In this document: positions 41,331-51,476 of the stretch, one piece after another
Layout: each line of letters opens with the position of its first letter
Position numbering within the stretch: position 1 is the first letter of the stretch
NCBI GenBank assembly: GCA_034670305.1
Contig: JAXMNT010000010.1
Span: 126,885-190,884, forward strand
Length of the DNA stretch: 64,000 nucleotides
Origin: Deltaproteobacteria bacterium
GTDB lineage: Bacteria > Myxococcota_A > Polyangia > Polyangiales > Houyiibacteriaceae
Direction of reading: 5' to 3'
The notes under the pieces: generated by a model
Seen by the model: only the letters and a program-made list of their open reading frames with translations
Databases searched by the model: none
Told to the model about the DNA's origin: nothing
Program-made: the position numbers and the translations under genes

Positions 41331-42650
41331 TCAGCTCAGGGCGGAGAGCCGGTCGAGGAAGGATTGGCCCTTCTTCGGATCGCACATGTAGACGTAGGCG
41401 GCCCAGCCGCGGAGGACGTCCAGGCTCTCGCCCCGGCCGGGACGACCGTTCTCGCGGTTGTGGATGGCGGCGCGCAGCTCGCGGACGAGCTTGCGCGGCA
41501 CGCGCGCGGTCGGTGCGCCGTCGGGGCTCGACTTCTCGAGCGCGTTGACGACGAGGCCGGTCACCTTCTGTCGGCGGCCGCTGCGCATGACGCGGGTCTT
41601 GTACGGGTGGACCCGGAAACCTTCGTCGGTGCAGATGCGCGCGACCGCTTTGCTCAGGCGTCCAACGGGCGCCTTGTCTTTGTCCGACGAGAACGTGAGG
41701 TCGTCCGCGTAGCGGGTGTAGGTCAGGCCGAGGGTGCGGGCGAGGCCGGCCAGCCGCGCATCGAGCCGCAGACACAGGGCGTTGGTGATCGAGGGGCTCG
41801 TCGGCGCGCCCTGCGGCAGGGACCGGTCGCCCGTCGCGACGAAGTGTTTGCGACCGCGCAGCATCATCTCTTCACGCGGCGACTCGGTGCACAGGAGCGC
41901 GAGCAAGAGCGCGGTCTGTTCGCCGTAGCCAGCTTTGCGGAAGAGTCCCTTCACCCGGCCGGTGGTGATCGTCGGGTAGAAGTCGCTGAGATCGAACTTG
42001 ATGATCGTCTTGCCGCCGGCGTGCGCCTCGGCGTTCGTCTTGGTGCTGCGTCCGCGGACGAACCCGTGGGCCGCACCGTGAACCGGCAGCCGCTCGCTGA
42101 TGTTCAATGCGATCCACTTCTGGGCGCCCATCAGGATCGGCTTTGGTGCGCTGATGAGGCGCTGCCCGCCGGTACGCTTCGGAATGTGCCAACGGCGGTA
42201 GTGGGTGCCGGTGTCGACTTCGCGGTGAAAACACAACCAGCGCAGCTGGCTGATCGTCAGTCCCAGCGCTTCGCCGAGGGCGTGCTGGTCTTTGATCGGC
42301 GGGAGGTCGTTCTGCTCGCGGCGCGCCTCGATCTCGGCGATGTCGTACTTGTCGACGTCGGCGGTGTCGTGGTGCCAGAACCCGACCCCGACATGCACGA
42401 GGTGGTTCTTCTTGTACTCGGCCCAACCGTGGGCCTTGAGCAGCTTGCGCACGCGTCGCTCTTCTTCGCGGCGCGCCTTGTAGCGTTTGCGTTCGGTCTT
42501 GCTCAGGCGCGATGTGTCGACGCCTTCGTCCAAGAGGTCGCGTCGGCGGAGCTCGGCGAGGACCCAGGGCTGGACGCCGCCGGCCTCCTTGATGTCGGCC
42601 CACCGTGCGACCGGCGCCTCCGCCGGATCGGTCTTCGTCTCGTCGCTCAT
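41331..42650 (-). CDS. ret: Retron reverse transcriptase, myxobacterial Mx162/Sa163-like
   Basis: [22 protein letters not shown] (region X NAxxH), [38 protein letters not shown] (region Y VTG); long N-terminal extension. Confidence 0.96.
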   Translation of the reverse strand: MSDETKTDPAEAPVARWADIKEAGGVQPWVLAELRRRDLLDEGVDTSRLSKTERKRYKARREEERRVRKLLKAHGWAEYKKNHLVHVGVGFWHHDTADVDKYDIAEIEARREQNDLPPIKDQHALGEALGLTISQLRWLCFHREVDTGTHYRRWHIPKRTGGQRLISAPKPILMGAQKWIALNISERLPVHGAAHGFVRGRSTKTNAEAHAGGKTIIKFDLSDFYPTITTGRVKGLFRKAGYGEQTALLLALLCTESPREEMMLRGRKHFVATGDRSLPQGAPTSPSITNALCLRLDARLAGLARTLGLTYTRYADDLTFSSDKDKAPVGRLSKAVARICTDEGFRVHPYKTRVMRSGRRQKVTGLVVNALEKSSPDGAPTARVPRKLVRELRAAIHNRENGRPGRGESLDVLRGWAAYVYMCDPKKGQSFLDRLSALS

Positions 42651-42817
42651 TGGGACAACCCGCTCGCCAAATCCAGCACTGAATGAAGGGGACTCGAGCC
42701 GAAGCGCGAAGACTCAGTGCGCCATCGCACCGGTGCTTCGACCTCATCTCGGCGGCACCCGCGCGAACGATGCAAGAGGGCATCGGTGCGGGCACTCGAG
42801 AACGAAGAAGAAAAGAT

Positions 42818-43069
42818 GAGAGGGGAGGTGGAGCGCCACCTTCTTACCTGGGACACGGTAGGCTCACCGGTTGGCCCGGGGGAGGGGGTATCCCCGCCCC
42901 CCCTAAACCGCGGTTGCGTGGTTGGCCCAGCTAGGGGGGGCGGGGATACCCCCTCCCCCGAGGCCAACCAAGAACAGCCTACCTTGTGGAGCATTGAGGA
43001 ATGTTTTGCCTGGACGGCGCGACGCCGCCCTCGTGACGAGCACGGGCTGACACTCCACTCTCCCCTCTC
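42818..43069 (-). ncRNA. Retron msr-msd non-coding RNA
   Basis: Inverted repeats at 43048-43069 and 42818-42838; UCAG*CC branch context (G = complement of 43047); msr stem-loops CUCG-UCA-CGAG and GGGCGGCG-UCG-CGCCGUCC; msd stem 42869-42905/42932-42969. Confidence 0.92.
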
Positions 43070-43179
43070 GAAGTTTCTCCTCGGACCGGCAGCGCCGGTC
43101 TGGTTGTGATCGCTTCCGAAGAAGCGAAGACGTTCGCTGCGGACGCTATCGGTCCTGCAGGTTTGGATCAAGAACGAAC

Positions 43180-44991
43180 TCACGCGTCACCCCGCGTGGC
43201 GTCCAGAAATCCTTTTTGAGCACACCGATCGAGTCGGCGGAAGTACTCCTCACGCGCCTCGTCCGCGGACGAGAAGAAGAGTTTCTGCACCCGTTCGACC
43301 GTCGCACCCGGTCCACCGCGCAGGATCACCATCCGGTCGTCGAGGGACACTCGGAGCGTCGACGACCCGGTGCGTTCGCGTCGCACGAGTGTGCGGGTCT
43401 CGGCGCGGATGAGCTTGCGGCCTTCTTCGGTCTCGCGGGCGCGCTCGAGTTCGGTCTTCTGACGTGCGTAGAGCAGCCGCAGTGCGATCATCGGCGCGCT
43501 CGGTCCTTCGCGCAGGCCAGATCGTCGAAACTGAGGACTCGTGCACGAGGCGTCCACAGTCCGGCCTTCGCGGTCGAGCGTGAACGCGGTCTCGTAGCTG
43601 CGGTGGGCTGTGGCGTCTTCGACGCGGCCTTCGATGCGGGTGCCGTCGCTCCCGAGGTCGTGCACCTTCGTGAGCTGCACCGCACCTTCGGTGTCGAGCA
43701 ACCGGTGCGCCTCCGCTTCACGGGCGTCGCGGAACCGGAGCTTCGTCTCGTCGAGCGGGGTGACGAAGAGCGGCCGCGCGCGCACGGTGCCGGTCGCCGC
43801 GTCGAAGAGGATCTGTCCGCGCTGCATCAACACGAGGGTGCTGGCCCGCACCGCGCCGACATCGGCGCCGACGTTCTTTGCGAGCGCGTCGAAGCCGATG
43901 GGGGACGTCGCGGCCGCGAGCACCTTGGCGTCGAGGGCGGCATCGCGCGAGTGCGCCACCAGCAGGTCAAAGGTCGTGATGCCGGCCCAGCCGCGGTCGG
44001 TCCAGCCGCTGAGTGCCAAGGTCAGGGTCATGCCGTCGAGATCGACGATGTAGTAGGTCGGCAGCCCGGCGCCGGACAAACGCACCCGGACCGACTTCGC
44101 GTACGGCAGAAGCGGTGCGAGCACCCCGAGGCGGCGGCGTCCCCAGGTGCGCACCACGTTCGGCCGCGCGCCTTCGAACGTACCGGCGTTGCCCTCGAGC
44201 ACTCGGTCCCAGGGTTCGAGCACGAGCCGCGGCGCGTCGCCGGGGACGAGCTCGAAGCGGAGCGACCTCGGCGGCTTCTTCGACCGGTGCATGCGCAGGG
44301 TCAGCAGCACGTTGTAGATGTCGATGGGCGCGAGCGGGCAATCGTCCGCGGGCAAGGTCGCCGCGGCCTGCACCTGAGAGAGCGCACGGGACCAGCGGTT
44401 GGGCACGTGGCGGTCGGCCGGTTCGGCCTGGCCCGGCTCGAGCACCAACACCGTCTCGCGGTACGCGCGGATGTCGTCGAGTGCGCGCACCGCCGCGGCG
44501 TCGAGGCCGATGTGTGTGGTGCCCGCCGAGACGGTCGCGTCGGAGTAGCAGTCGGGTCCCACGTGCAGGTGCGCGTAGCTGGACTCGTCGGCGCTGAACA
44601 CTTCCAGCCGAAGTCCGTCCTCGCCGATGGTCAGGAGCGGGTCGAGCGGGCCCTCGGCGCGCGTCTCGGGGGGCGCGAACTCGGCTTCCAGGAACCGCTT
44701 CTGGGCTTCCCAGAGTTCCTTGGTGGCTTTGCGGCCCTGCTTGAGCAGGAACGCGAGGTAGTCCGATCGGTCCGACGCTTTGCGCCGCATGTCGGAGGCC
44801 CTGACTTCCGCCATGGTGGCCAGCACCGCGCGCAGCACGTCGGGCCGTTTGAACGTTCCGCGGAACTTCGCCTCCGAACGTTCGGCATCGGTCGGGAGCG
44901 TGAGCGTGAGTCGCTCGCCCTCTCGCACCGGCTTGGGTGCCGACGCGAGTCGTGTGCGGACGGCCGCGAAATCGTCTTGGGTGTCGCTCAC
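43180..44991 (-). CDS. Retron-associated protein with degenerate SWIM-like and WGR-like C-terminal domains
   Basis: LEVFSADESSY; ASCTS...GPSAPMIAL (SWIM-like spacing); C-terminal LRGGP...FSSADEAREEY...KGF (WGR-like); GTGA overlap with the upstream gene. Confidence 0.7.
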   Translation of the reverse strand: MSDTQDDFAAVRTRLASAPKPVREGERLTLTLPTDAERSEAKFRGTFKRPDVLRAVLATMAEVRASDMRRKASDRSDYLAFLLKQGRKATKELWEAQKRFLEAEFAPPETRAEGPLDPLLTIGEDGLRLEVFSADESSYAHLHVGPDCYSDATVSAGTTHIGLDAAAVRALDDIRAYRETVLVLEPGQAEPADRHVPNRWSRALSQVQAAATLPADDCPLAPIDIYNVLLTLRMHRSKKPPRSLRFELVPGDAPRLVLEPWDRVLEGNAGTFEGARPNVVRTWGRRRLGVLAPLLPYAKSVRVRLSGAGLPTYYIVDLDGMTLTLALSGWTDRGWAGITTFDLLVAHSRDAALDAKVLAAATSPIGFDALAKNVGADVGAVRASTLVLMQRGQILFDAATGTVRARPLFVTPLDETKLRFRDAREAEAHRLLDTEGAVQLTKVHDLGSDGTRIEGRVEDATAHRSYETAFTLDREGRTVDASCTSPQFRRSGLREGPSAPMIALRLLYARQKTELERARETEEGRKLIRAETRTLVRRERTGSSTLRVSLDDRMVILRGGPGATVERVQKLFFSSADEAREEYFRRLDRCAQKGFLDATRGDA

Positions 44992-47900
44992 GAGCCAGTC
45001 TCCGTGGATTCTTCGAATCGGGCGTCACGCTCGAGGCGTCTTTGCACGCGCCGCAGCGACTTGAAGGCCGCCTTGCGGATCGTCTCACTCTCCTTGGCGT
45101 CCTCGGTCAGAAGTGCTTCGAGGGCGGCCTGTGCCGCTTCCCCGCCGCCGCGGCCGAGCGCGGAGAGCGCCACGAGCCGCGTGGCTTCGTCCCCGGTCTT
45201 CGACTTCGCGATGAGTGTGTCTTCCCCTCGCGCGAGCAGCGGCGGCAAAGCTGCGCGCCGCACCTTCGGCTGCTCGAAGGTCGCGCTCAGATCCAGCGCC
45301 GCAGCGAGGATCAACGCGACCGTCGGGTCCGGCGCGTGAAGCGACGTGAGCACCGAGGCGACTTGGTCCGGGAAGCGGCGGACGATGGCACGGGCCGCGA
45401 GCGCGCGGTCGGGGGGCGCCGCAGTGTCGAGCCAGCCCGCGAGTTCGCGCGCGTCGAGCCGCTCGAGCAGCACGCGACGCGCCACTTCGGTCACCCGCGT
45501 CTCGTTCAGATCGAGCGCTTTGCGCGCCGTGTCGGTCACGTCGGAGCCCAGCCGCTCGGCGGCCCAGAGCGCAGCGGTCAATGCGGCTCGGGCTTCGGTA
45601 CGCACATGCGACGTCTCGCCGGCATCGGCGAGTGCCTTCGCGGCCGCCTGCGCGACATCCGGGGCAAGGGAGCCGTCGCCCTTCTCACCGGCCATCCAAG
45701 CCGCGTCCTCCCGCGGTCCATGCTTCTCCCCGCGGAGCAGGGTGCGGAGCGCGTCGACGGGCGCGAGTCCGCGGCGCAGCAGCCCGGCGCGGAGTCGTTG
45801 CCGGATGTGCGGGCTGTCGATGTCGGCGAGGCGCGAGAGCAAGGTCGCCGCGTCGCCTTCGCGCGCCAAGTACGCCGCCGCCTCGGAGTTGAGATCGTGG
45901 AACGGACTCTGGAGCGCGTGGAGCGCGACGCGCGTCGCATCCTCGGGGAAGATCTTGGTGAGGGACTCACGCGCGATCTTGCGGACCTGCCAGTCCGGCG
46001 AGAGCATCGCGTCCGCGAGCGCTTGCTCGGATGCTTTGTTCGCGAGCTGGCCCAGCAGACGGGCTGCCTGCACGCGCGCCGTCGAGTCGTCGTGCGGGTC
46101 GCCGAGGACGCGCTCGAGCAAGGTGCGCGCGGCCTCGTCCGCGATGTAGCCGAGGCCGATCATCGCGCGGGACCGCAAGAGCGAGGTCCCTTGAAGCGCG
46201 GTGCGGTCGATGTACTCGCGGATGGGTGCGGCGACTTCGGAGGTCAGGTCGCCGTTCTTGAGAAGGCGCGCGAGCGCTTCGGTGCCGTCGCCGATCAACA
46301 TGCGGTCTTCGGGATCCGCGTCGTCCGGCGGGTGCGCGAGCAACTGCAGTTCATCGAGGGCCCGGACGTCGCCCAGGGCACCGAGGGCAAGCACCGCTTT
46401 CGGACGCTCCGTCGGAAGCCCAGCCTTGAGCACGAGCAAGAGCGACTGGAGCACGCTGTCGGCCACCTGCCGGGTGCGGCTCGGGTCGGCCGATTCGGCA
46501 AGCGCCACCGCGGCGGGCAACACCAGCTCCCGGCGCCCGATGCGGAGCGCGGCGGCGAGCGCATCGCGCGCCGCGGGACGGTCGAGCTTCTCGGCCCGAA
46601 AGGCGAGCGCGCGGATGGCGCCGACGCGCACCTCTTCGTCTCGGTCCTCGGTGAGCGCGCTCAGGGTCGCGTCCGCGCTCGCATCCTCGAAGTGCTGGAG
46701 CGGGGCGATGACTTCTTTTCGAACCTTGGCGACGACCGAACGGCGCGCGGCGTCGAGCAACGGGTGCAGCCACGCTTCGTTGAAACGCAGGCGCAGCGTG
46801 CCGTTCGGAAGCTTCTCGGAGGCGCCGGTCGCGATGGCCCGCGCGGCGGTCATGGCCTGCGACCAGAGGTCGCCGTTCTCCTCGGTGAGGAGCGTGAGCA
46901 GGAGCGGGCGTGCCTCGAGGCTGCGCACGTCACCGATGGACTTGAGCAAGCCCGGCTTGTTGGCGGTGCCGTCTGGGTCGTCGGTGAACCGGGCGACCAG
47001 CGCCTGCGCGATCTCGTCGCGAAGCGGCGCGTCGCCGTCCGGTTGTTTGCGCGCGAGCGCAACCAGTGCGTTCTGCGCGGCCGTCACGACCTGCGCGCGC
47101 TCGTTGCGAAGCAACCCAGCCAGCACACCCACCGTGCGGGGGTCGCCACGGAACGCGAGCGTCGTCGCCGCCTTGAGCTGGAGGTCGACGTGTTCGCTCT
47201 CCATCGCGCGACCGAGCGCTTCGGAGATGCGCGCGTCGTCCGCACCACCACCCGTGCTCGCCACCAGCCGGTCGACGACCTGCAGCCGCACATCGGAGAA
47301 GCGGCTGCCGAGCGCCAGGAGCCACGGCTCGAGCGAACCGCTCTCGTAGAGCGACGGAAGCCGCGCCAGCGCGTGGGCGCGCACTTCGGCGTGGGACGCT
47401 TCGAGCGCTTCCACCACCAGCGCCTTGGCGGCGGCATCCGGTGCGTTGGCGTCGGTGGCCAGGGCCACCAACTCGTCGACCGCACCCCGGCCGACGTCGG
47501 GCGCGTCGGACTGGAACATCAGTCGGTACGGAGTCGGGTCGCCACCTGGACCGCCGGGATGGAGCGCCTTGAGCGCCGTCGACGCGGCTTTGCGCACCAA
47601 GTGGTGCGGATCGGAGAGTCCACGCCGCAGCACCGGCACCGTCGCGTCGCGACCGACGACCGGTGCGAGCGCTTCCACCCGTCCGAGCGCGTCCCGGCGG
47701 ATGCGGTGCGTCTCGTCCGCGGCACCCGCGGCGGGCGCCTGGCGCACGAGCCCGGCGTACACGCCAAAGACCAGTGGTGCGACTTCTTGGTCGGTCGCGG
47801 CGGTGCCGGCGGCGCGCACGAGCGAGTGCATCCAGCTCTTCTTCCGAGGCGCGCGCGTCTCCGCACTCCAGGTGGTGTGCGGGATTCGAATCTGTCCGAG

Positions 47901-50900
47901 GGCGCGCGGGCCTTGGAGCCGCGCCGCTTCCCTCCAGAACGTCTCGGCCTGCGGTCGCAGCGCGAGCAGCTGGGTCGCCGCGTATCGGAGCGGCGGGTCG
48001 TCGCTCGCGAGCGCCTCCACGACCACCCGCAGCAGCGCTTCTTGTTGCGCCTCTTCCGGCCAGTTCTTCATGTCGGCCGCGCGCTGCGGTCGGCGGGGCC
48101 CGATGAGCTCCCGGGTGCGTTCGTGGGTTCCGTCCTGGCCGCGCTCCTCGAGGAGGCGGGCCGCCGCAAACCGGATCTCCGGATGGCTGGAGCTCATCGC
48201 GCTGGAGAGCAGATCGGCGGCGAGCGCCTTCTTGGCCAAAGCCTGGTCTCTCGCGACCACGACCCCGAAGACGAGCTCTTGGATCTCCCGATCCTGATCG
48301 TCGAGCGCCATGAGCAGACCGCGGGCGCCCTCTGGGCCGAGCGCCGCGAACCCCATGATGGCGCCGAGTCGGATCGGCCGGTGATCGTGCTGGAGGGTGC
48401 CGATGAGCACCGGCAGTCCCCGCGGGTCGCCGAGTCGGGCCAGGCCTTCCGCGAGCCAACTGCGCACCGCGATCGATTCATGCGAGAGCCAGTCGACCAG
48501 GTGTCCTTCGCCGCCGGGGAGGACCGCGGTCGCCATGCCGCGGGCGGCCTGCTCCGCCACGAGCGGGTCGGTGTCTTGCAGCAGCGTGATGAAGAACGGG
48601 ATGAGGCCGGTCACGCCAGTGTTCGCGAGCGCCTGCGCGAGGCGCTGGCGATGCGGTGCCACCGGGCGGCGCGGATCTTCGAGCGGCAGGGTCAGGAGGC
48701 GCCGGGCCGGTTCGACGCAGCGCCGGTCGCGGCGGGCCGCGCAGAGTTCGATCGCGCGGACGCGCAGCTCGTAGAACACACTTCCGAACGCGGTCGTGAA
48801 CGCGACCTCGTCGCCCGGCTTGAGCCGGTCGAAACATCGGATCGCGGCCAGGTGCACCGCGCTGCGTTCGTCTTCGATGAGCTGCAGCACCGTCGGGCGC
48901 AGTTCGAGGAACGCGGAGGGGGGAAGTTTGCTGCAGGCGAGCGCGAGCACCTTCTCGGAGCTCGAGCGAAGCGCCGCCGCGTGCAGATCCACCCGGGTCA
49001 CTTCGAGCGCGAGCAGCCCTTCGTACGCTTTGCGGGCGACGTCGAACGACGAGTCGGAGGCGAGCTCTACGAGCAAATCCTCGACCCAGGCCTCCGCAGG
49101 CTGCTCCTCGGTCGCGGCCTTTCGCAACCTCAAGAGCTCGTCGACGATCTTGCCGCGCAGATCCGGGTGGCGGGCGCGACTGGCGCGGCTGAGCGCGGGC
49201 TCGGGAGACGCGGAGTGCCACGCCCACAGCGTCCGGAAGGCTTCGTCGCGGGTCTTCGCGTCTTCGTCGTCGAGCGCGTGCCCGAGCCAGTTGTCCGCGC
49301 GTGCGCCGAGTTCTGAGTCCCCGGCGTACTCGCCTTCGCCGCCAAACGCGACGAGGAGCTGGAGGCCGCGGCGTCGGACCGCGGGATGCGGACACCGCAG
49401 AGCGATCTCCGAGAGATCCAGCCGTGCGCTGCCGTCTTTGCCGGCGAGCCCTTCGAGGGCATCGAACGCCGCGGTGCGGGCACCGTCGTCGTCGTCCGCG
49501 AGCAACCACTCGAGCCGTCCTCGGAGCGCGGCCAAGCCCACGCCCTGGCGGATCGCTTGCAGGGCGACGCCGATGGCGATGCGACGAACCGATGCCTGCG
49601 GGTTGCGGGAGAGCTGCAGGATCGCGCCGGTCGCGCGTTCGTCTCGCAGGGTCGCGAGCGCCGAGGCACCCGCGATGGCGGAGCCGACATTGCGGCACGC
49701 GAGCATCGCGAAGAGCGGCTCTTTGGCCTTCTCGAGCGGGATCGTCTCCTGAGGGAACGCGCCCTCCGCCTGTGCGGCGGCGAGCTGTTTCATCAGGACT
49801 TCGTTGCTCGAGAGCGCCGAGACGAGCGGGGCGCGGCAGCCGATGGCGACCGAGACCGCGGCCTGACGCACGTCCGAGCTCTCGTCGTCGAGCGCGGCTT
49901 CGACGATCTCCGCCCCGGTGGTGAGCGCGAGCCGGGCACGGGCCAGTTTGTAGAGCGCCTCGCGTTTGACGTCCGCCTCGCCGCGCGCGAACGCGGTGCG
50001 GGCGGGTTCGATCGACTCCGGTCCATCGAGTGAGACGAGCGCGTCGAGCGCGGCGAGCCGCACCTTGGAGTCGCCGTCTTTGAGCCGCTGCGCGATGAGG
50101 CCGGGCACGAGCGGCGAGGCTTTGCGCAGCATCGGAAGCCGCGCGAGCGCGACGATGCGCATGTCGGGCGCAGGGGACGCGAGCGCGGCCTGCGCCACGG
50201 CCAGCGGCCGGTCGCGTTCGATCGAGGTGAGGGCGTCGAGGGCGGCCTTGCGGACCCCGGCGTTCTTGTCGCCGAGCGCGGTGCGCAGTGCGGGACGGCT
50301 CGCGCGCCGGGCCGAGCGGCCGATGAGCACTGCGGCGTGGCCACGCATGGCGGGCGCCCCGTCGCTCGTGAGCGAACGATCGAGCAACCGCCGCGCGTCG
50401 TCTTCCGGGAGGCCGCCGATGGTGTCGAGCGCCGCCTTGCGGGCTTTCTCGGCCGAAGCTTTCGCAGCCTTCGCGAGTTCGGCGAGGCGCGACTTGACCT
50501 GACGGGCCTGGCCCACGGTCGCGTCGGGTTCGAGGGCGATCGCGTCCACGCGGCGCGTGCGACCCACCACGACGAGCCCGCCGGTCTGACTCGCTGCGTT
50601 GGGCGCCGCGGCCACCCAGGCCATGGCGCTGGGATCGCCACCGAGTTCGTGCGTCTTCGGACGTTTGCGCGAGTCGAGGTCCCACACCCGCAGCGCCGCA
50701 TCGCGGGCCACGGTGTAGAGGCGTCGCGGCAGCGCACGGCCCACATCGTCTAGGAGCGCGGGGCCGCGCACGATGCCGACGATCGCGCGCTCGTGGTCGA
50801 TGCCCTTCGAGCGGTGTTCGAACTCGGGTGCCCCTTCGAGGTACCCGACGTGGAGGGAGCCGTCCAAACAGCCGGCGACCACCCGGCCATCGTCGGTGGT

Positions 50901-51476
50901 CAAGACCGCGCCGACCCCTTCGGGCGTCGGCATCCGGCGGGGCGTGGCGCCCAGGTCAGCGGCTGGTACGACCACCACTTCGCTGGCGTCGCCACCGACC
51001 ACGATGCGTTCCCCGCGCGCGTCGAATGCCACACACAGAAGCGGTCGCGCCCCGAGCGAGAGTTCGCCGGCGGGCGACAGGGTGCCGCCTTCGAGGGTCC
51101 AGACCTTGAGGGCTCCGTCGTCGCCCACACTCGCGACCTGGTTCCCGAAGGTCGCGATGCCGCGCACCGCGCCACCGTGTGCGGCGACCGCCGCTCCGAA
51201 CGTCTGCGCGCCGATCTGGGCGACGTGCAGCTCTCCTCGTTCGTTGCCGATGAGTGCGACGTCGTCGGTGGCGCATGCGAGGGCAGTCGTCGGATGCGGC
51301 ATCGCCAGCGCGCCGGCGGCTTTGAGCTCCGGCACGACGAGAATGTGTACGCTCGAGAGCGCGCGCGCCGCGTCGTCCGCGTCGACTTCCCGTCGCCCGC
51401 CGATGAGTACGTGGCCGCCGGCCGGAGTCGATGCGACCGCCTCGAGGCGTTCGATGTGGGGTCCAAACGTGGTCAC
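44988..51476 (-). CDS. Retron-associated giant WD40 + HEAT/ARM-repeat protein (~2160 aa)
   Basis: N-terminal HGGAVRGI...SVGDDGALKVW and RDAALRVWD; many LxD.d..VR.aA..aL repeats; GTG at 51476 overlaps the upstream TGA. Confidence 0.85.
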   Translation of the reverse strand: MTTFGPHIERLEAVASTPAGGHVLIGGRREVDADDAARALSSVHILVVPELKAAGALAMPHPTTALACATDDVALIGNERGELHVAQIGAQTFGAAVAAHGGAVRGIATFGNQVASVGDDGALKVWTLEGGTLSPAGELSLGARPLLCVAFDARGERIVVGGDASEVVVVPAADLGATPRRMPTPEGVGAVLTTDDGRVVAGCLDGSLHVGYLEGAPEFEHRSKGIDHERAIVGIVRGPALLDDVGRALPRRLYTVARDAALRVWDLDSRKRPKTHELGGDPSAMAWVAAAPNAASQTGGLVVVGRTRRVDAIALEPDATVGQARQVKSRLAELAKAAKASAEKARKAALDTIGGLPEDDARRLLDRSLTSDGAPAMRGHAAVLIGRSARRASRPALRTALGDKNAGVRKAALDALTSIERDRPLAVAQAALASPAPDMRIVALARLPMLRKASPLVPGLIAQRLKDGDSKVRLAALDALVSLDGPESIEPARTAFARGEADVKREALYKLARARLALTTGAEIVEAALDDESSDVRQAAVSVAIGCRAPLVSALSSNEVLMKQLAAAQAEGAFPQETIPLEKAKEPLFAMLACRNVGSAIAGASALATLRDERATGAILQLSRNPQASVRRIAIGVALQAIRQGVGLAALRGRLEWLLADDDDGARTAAFDALEGLAGKDGSARLDLSEIALRCPHPAVRRRGLQLLVAFGGEGEYAGDSELGARADNWLGHALDDEDAKTRDEAFRTLWAWHSASPEPALSRASRARHPDLRGKIVDELLRLRKAATEEQPAEAWVEDLLVELASDSSFDVARKAYEGLLALEVTRVDLHAAALRSSSEKVLALACSKLPPSAFLELRPTVLQLIEDERSAVHLAAIRCFDRLKPGDEVAFTTAFGSVFYELRVRAIELCAARRDRRCVEPARRLLTLPLEDPRRPVAPHRQRLAQALANTGVTGLIPFFITLLQDTDPLVAEQAARGMATAVLPGGEGHLVDWLSHESIAVRSWLAEGLARLGDPRGLPVLIGTLQHDHRPIRLGAIMGFAALGPEGARGLLMALDDQDREIQELVFGVVVARDQALAKKALAADLLSSAMSSSHPEIRFAAARLLEERGQDGTHERTRELIGPRRPQRAADMKNWPEEAQQEALLRVVVEALASDDPPLRYAATQLLALRPQAETFWREAARLQGPRALGQIRIPHTTWSAETRAPRKKSWMHSLVRAAGTAATDQEVAPLVFGVYAGLVRQAPAAGAADETHRIRRDALGRVEALAPVVGRDATVPVLRRGLSDPHHLVRKAASTALKALHPGGPGGDPTPYRLMFQSDAPDVGRGAVDELVALATDANAPDAAAKALVVEALEASHAEVRAHALARLPSLYESGSLEPWLLALGSRFSDVRLQVVDRLVASTGGGADDARISEALGRAMESEHVDLQLKAATTLAFRGDPRTVGVLAGLLRNERAQVVTAAQNALVALARKQPDGDAPLRDEIAQALVARFTDDPDGTANKPGLLKSIGDVRSLEARPLLLTLLTEENGDLWSQAMTAARAIATGASEKLPNGTLRLRFNEAWLHPLLDAARRSVVAKVRKEVIAPLQHFEDASADATLSALTEDRDEEVRVGAIRALAFRAEKLDRPAARDALAAALRIGRRELVLPAAVALAESADPSRTRQVADSVLQSLLLVLKAGLPTERPKAVLALGALGDVRALDELQLLAHPPDDADPEDRMLIGDGTEALARLLKNGDLTSEVAAPIREYIDRTALQGTSLLRSRAMIGLGYIADEAARTLLERVLGDPHDDSTARVQAARLLGQLANKASEQALADAMLSPDWQVRKIARESLTKIFPEDATRVALHALQSPFHDLNSEAAAYLAREGDAATLLSRLADIDSPHIRQRLRAGLLRRGLAPVDALRTLLRGEKHGPREDAAWMAGEKGDGSLAPDVAQAAAKALADAGETSHVRTEARAALTAALWAAERLGSDVTDTARKALDLNETRVTEVARRVLLERLDARELAGWLDTAAPPDRALAARAIVRRFPDQVASVLTSLHAPDPTVALILAAALDLSATFEQPKVRRAALPPLLARGEDTLIAKSKTGDEATRLVALSALGRGGGEAAQAALEALLTEDAKESETIRKAAFKSLRRVQRRLERDARFEESTETGS

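Noticed and set aside
41331-42650. RT as a group II intron, DGR or CRISPR-associated RT
   Set aside because: It has retron-specific NAxxH and VTG motifs and an adjacent msr-msd. No maturase/endonuclease domain, TR/VR pair or cas genes were seen.
42647-43183. 178 aa and 130 aa ORFs spanning the RT upstream region
   Set aside because: The region is explained by the structured ncRNA, and the translations are palindrome-derived and motif-less.
44937-49316. 1459 aa plus-strand ORF and similar long antisense ORFs
   Set aside because: Shadow frames of real genes in high-GC DNA, with no recognisable motifs.
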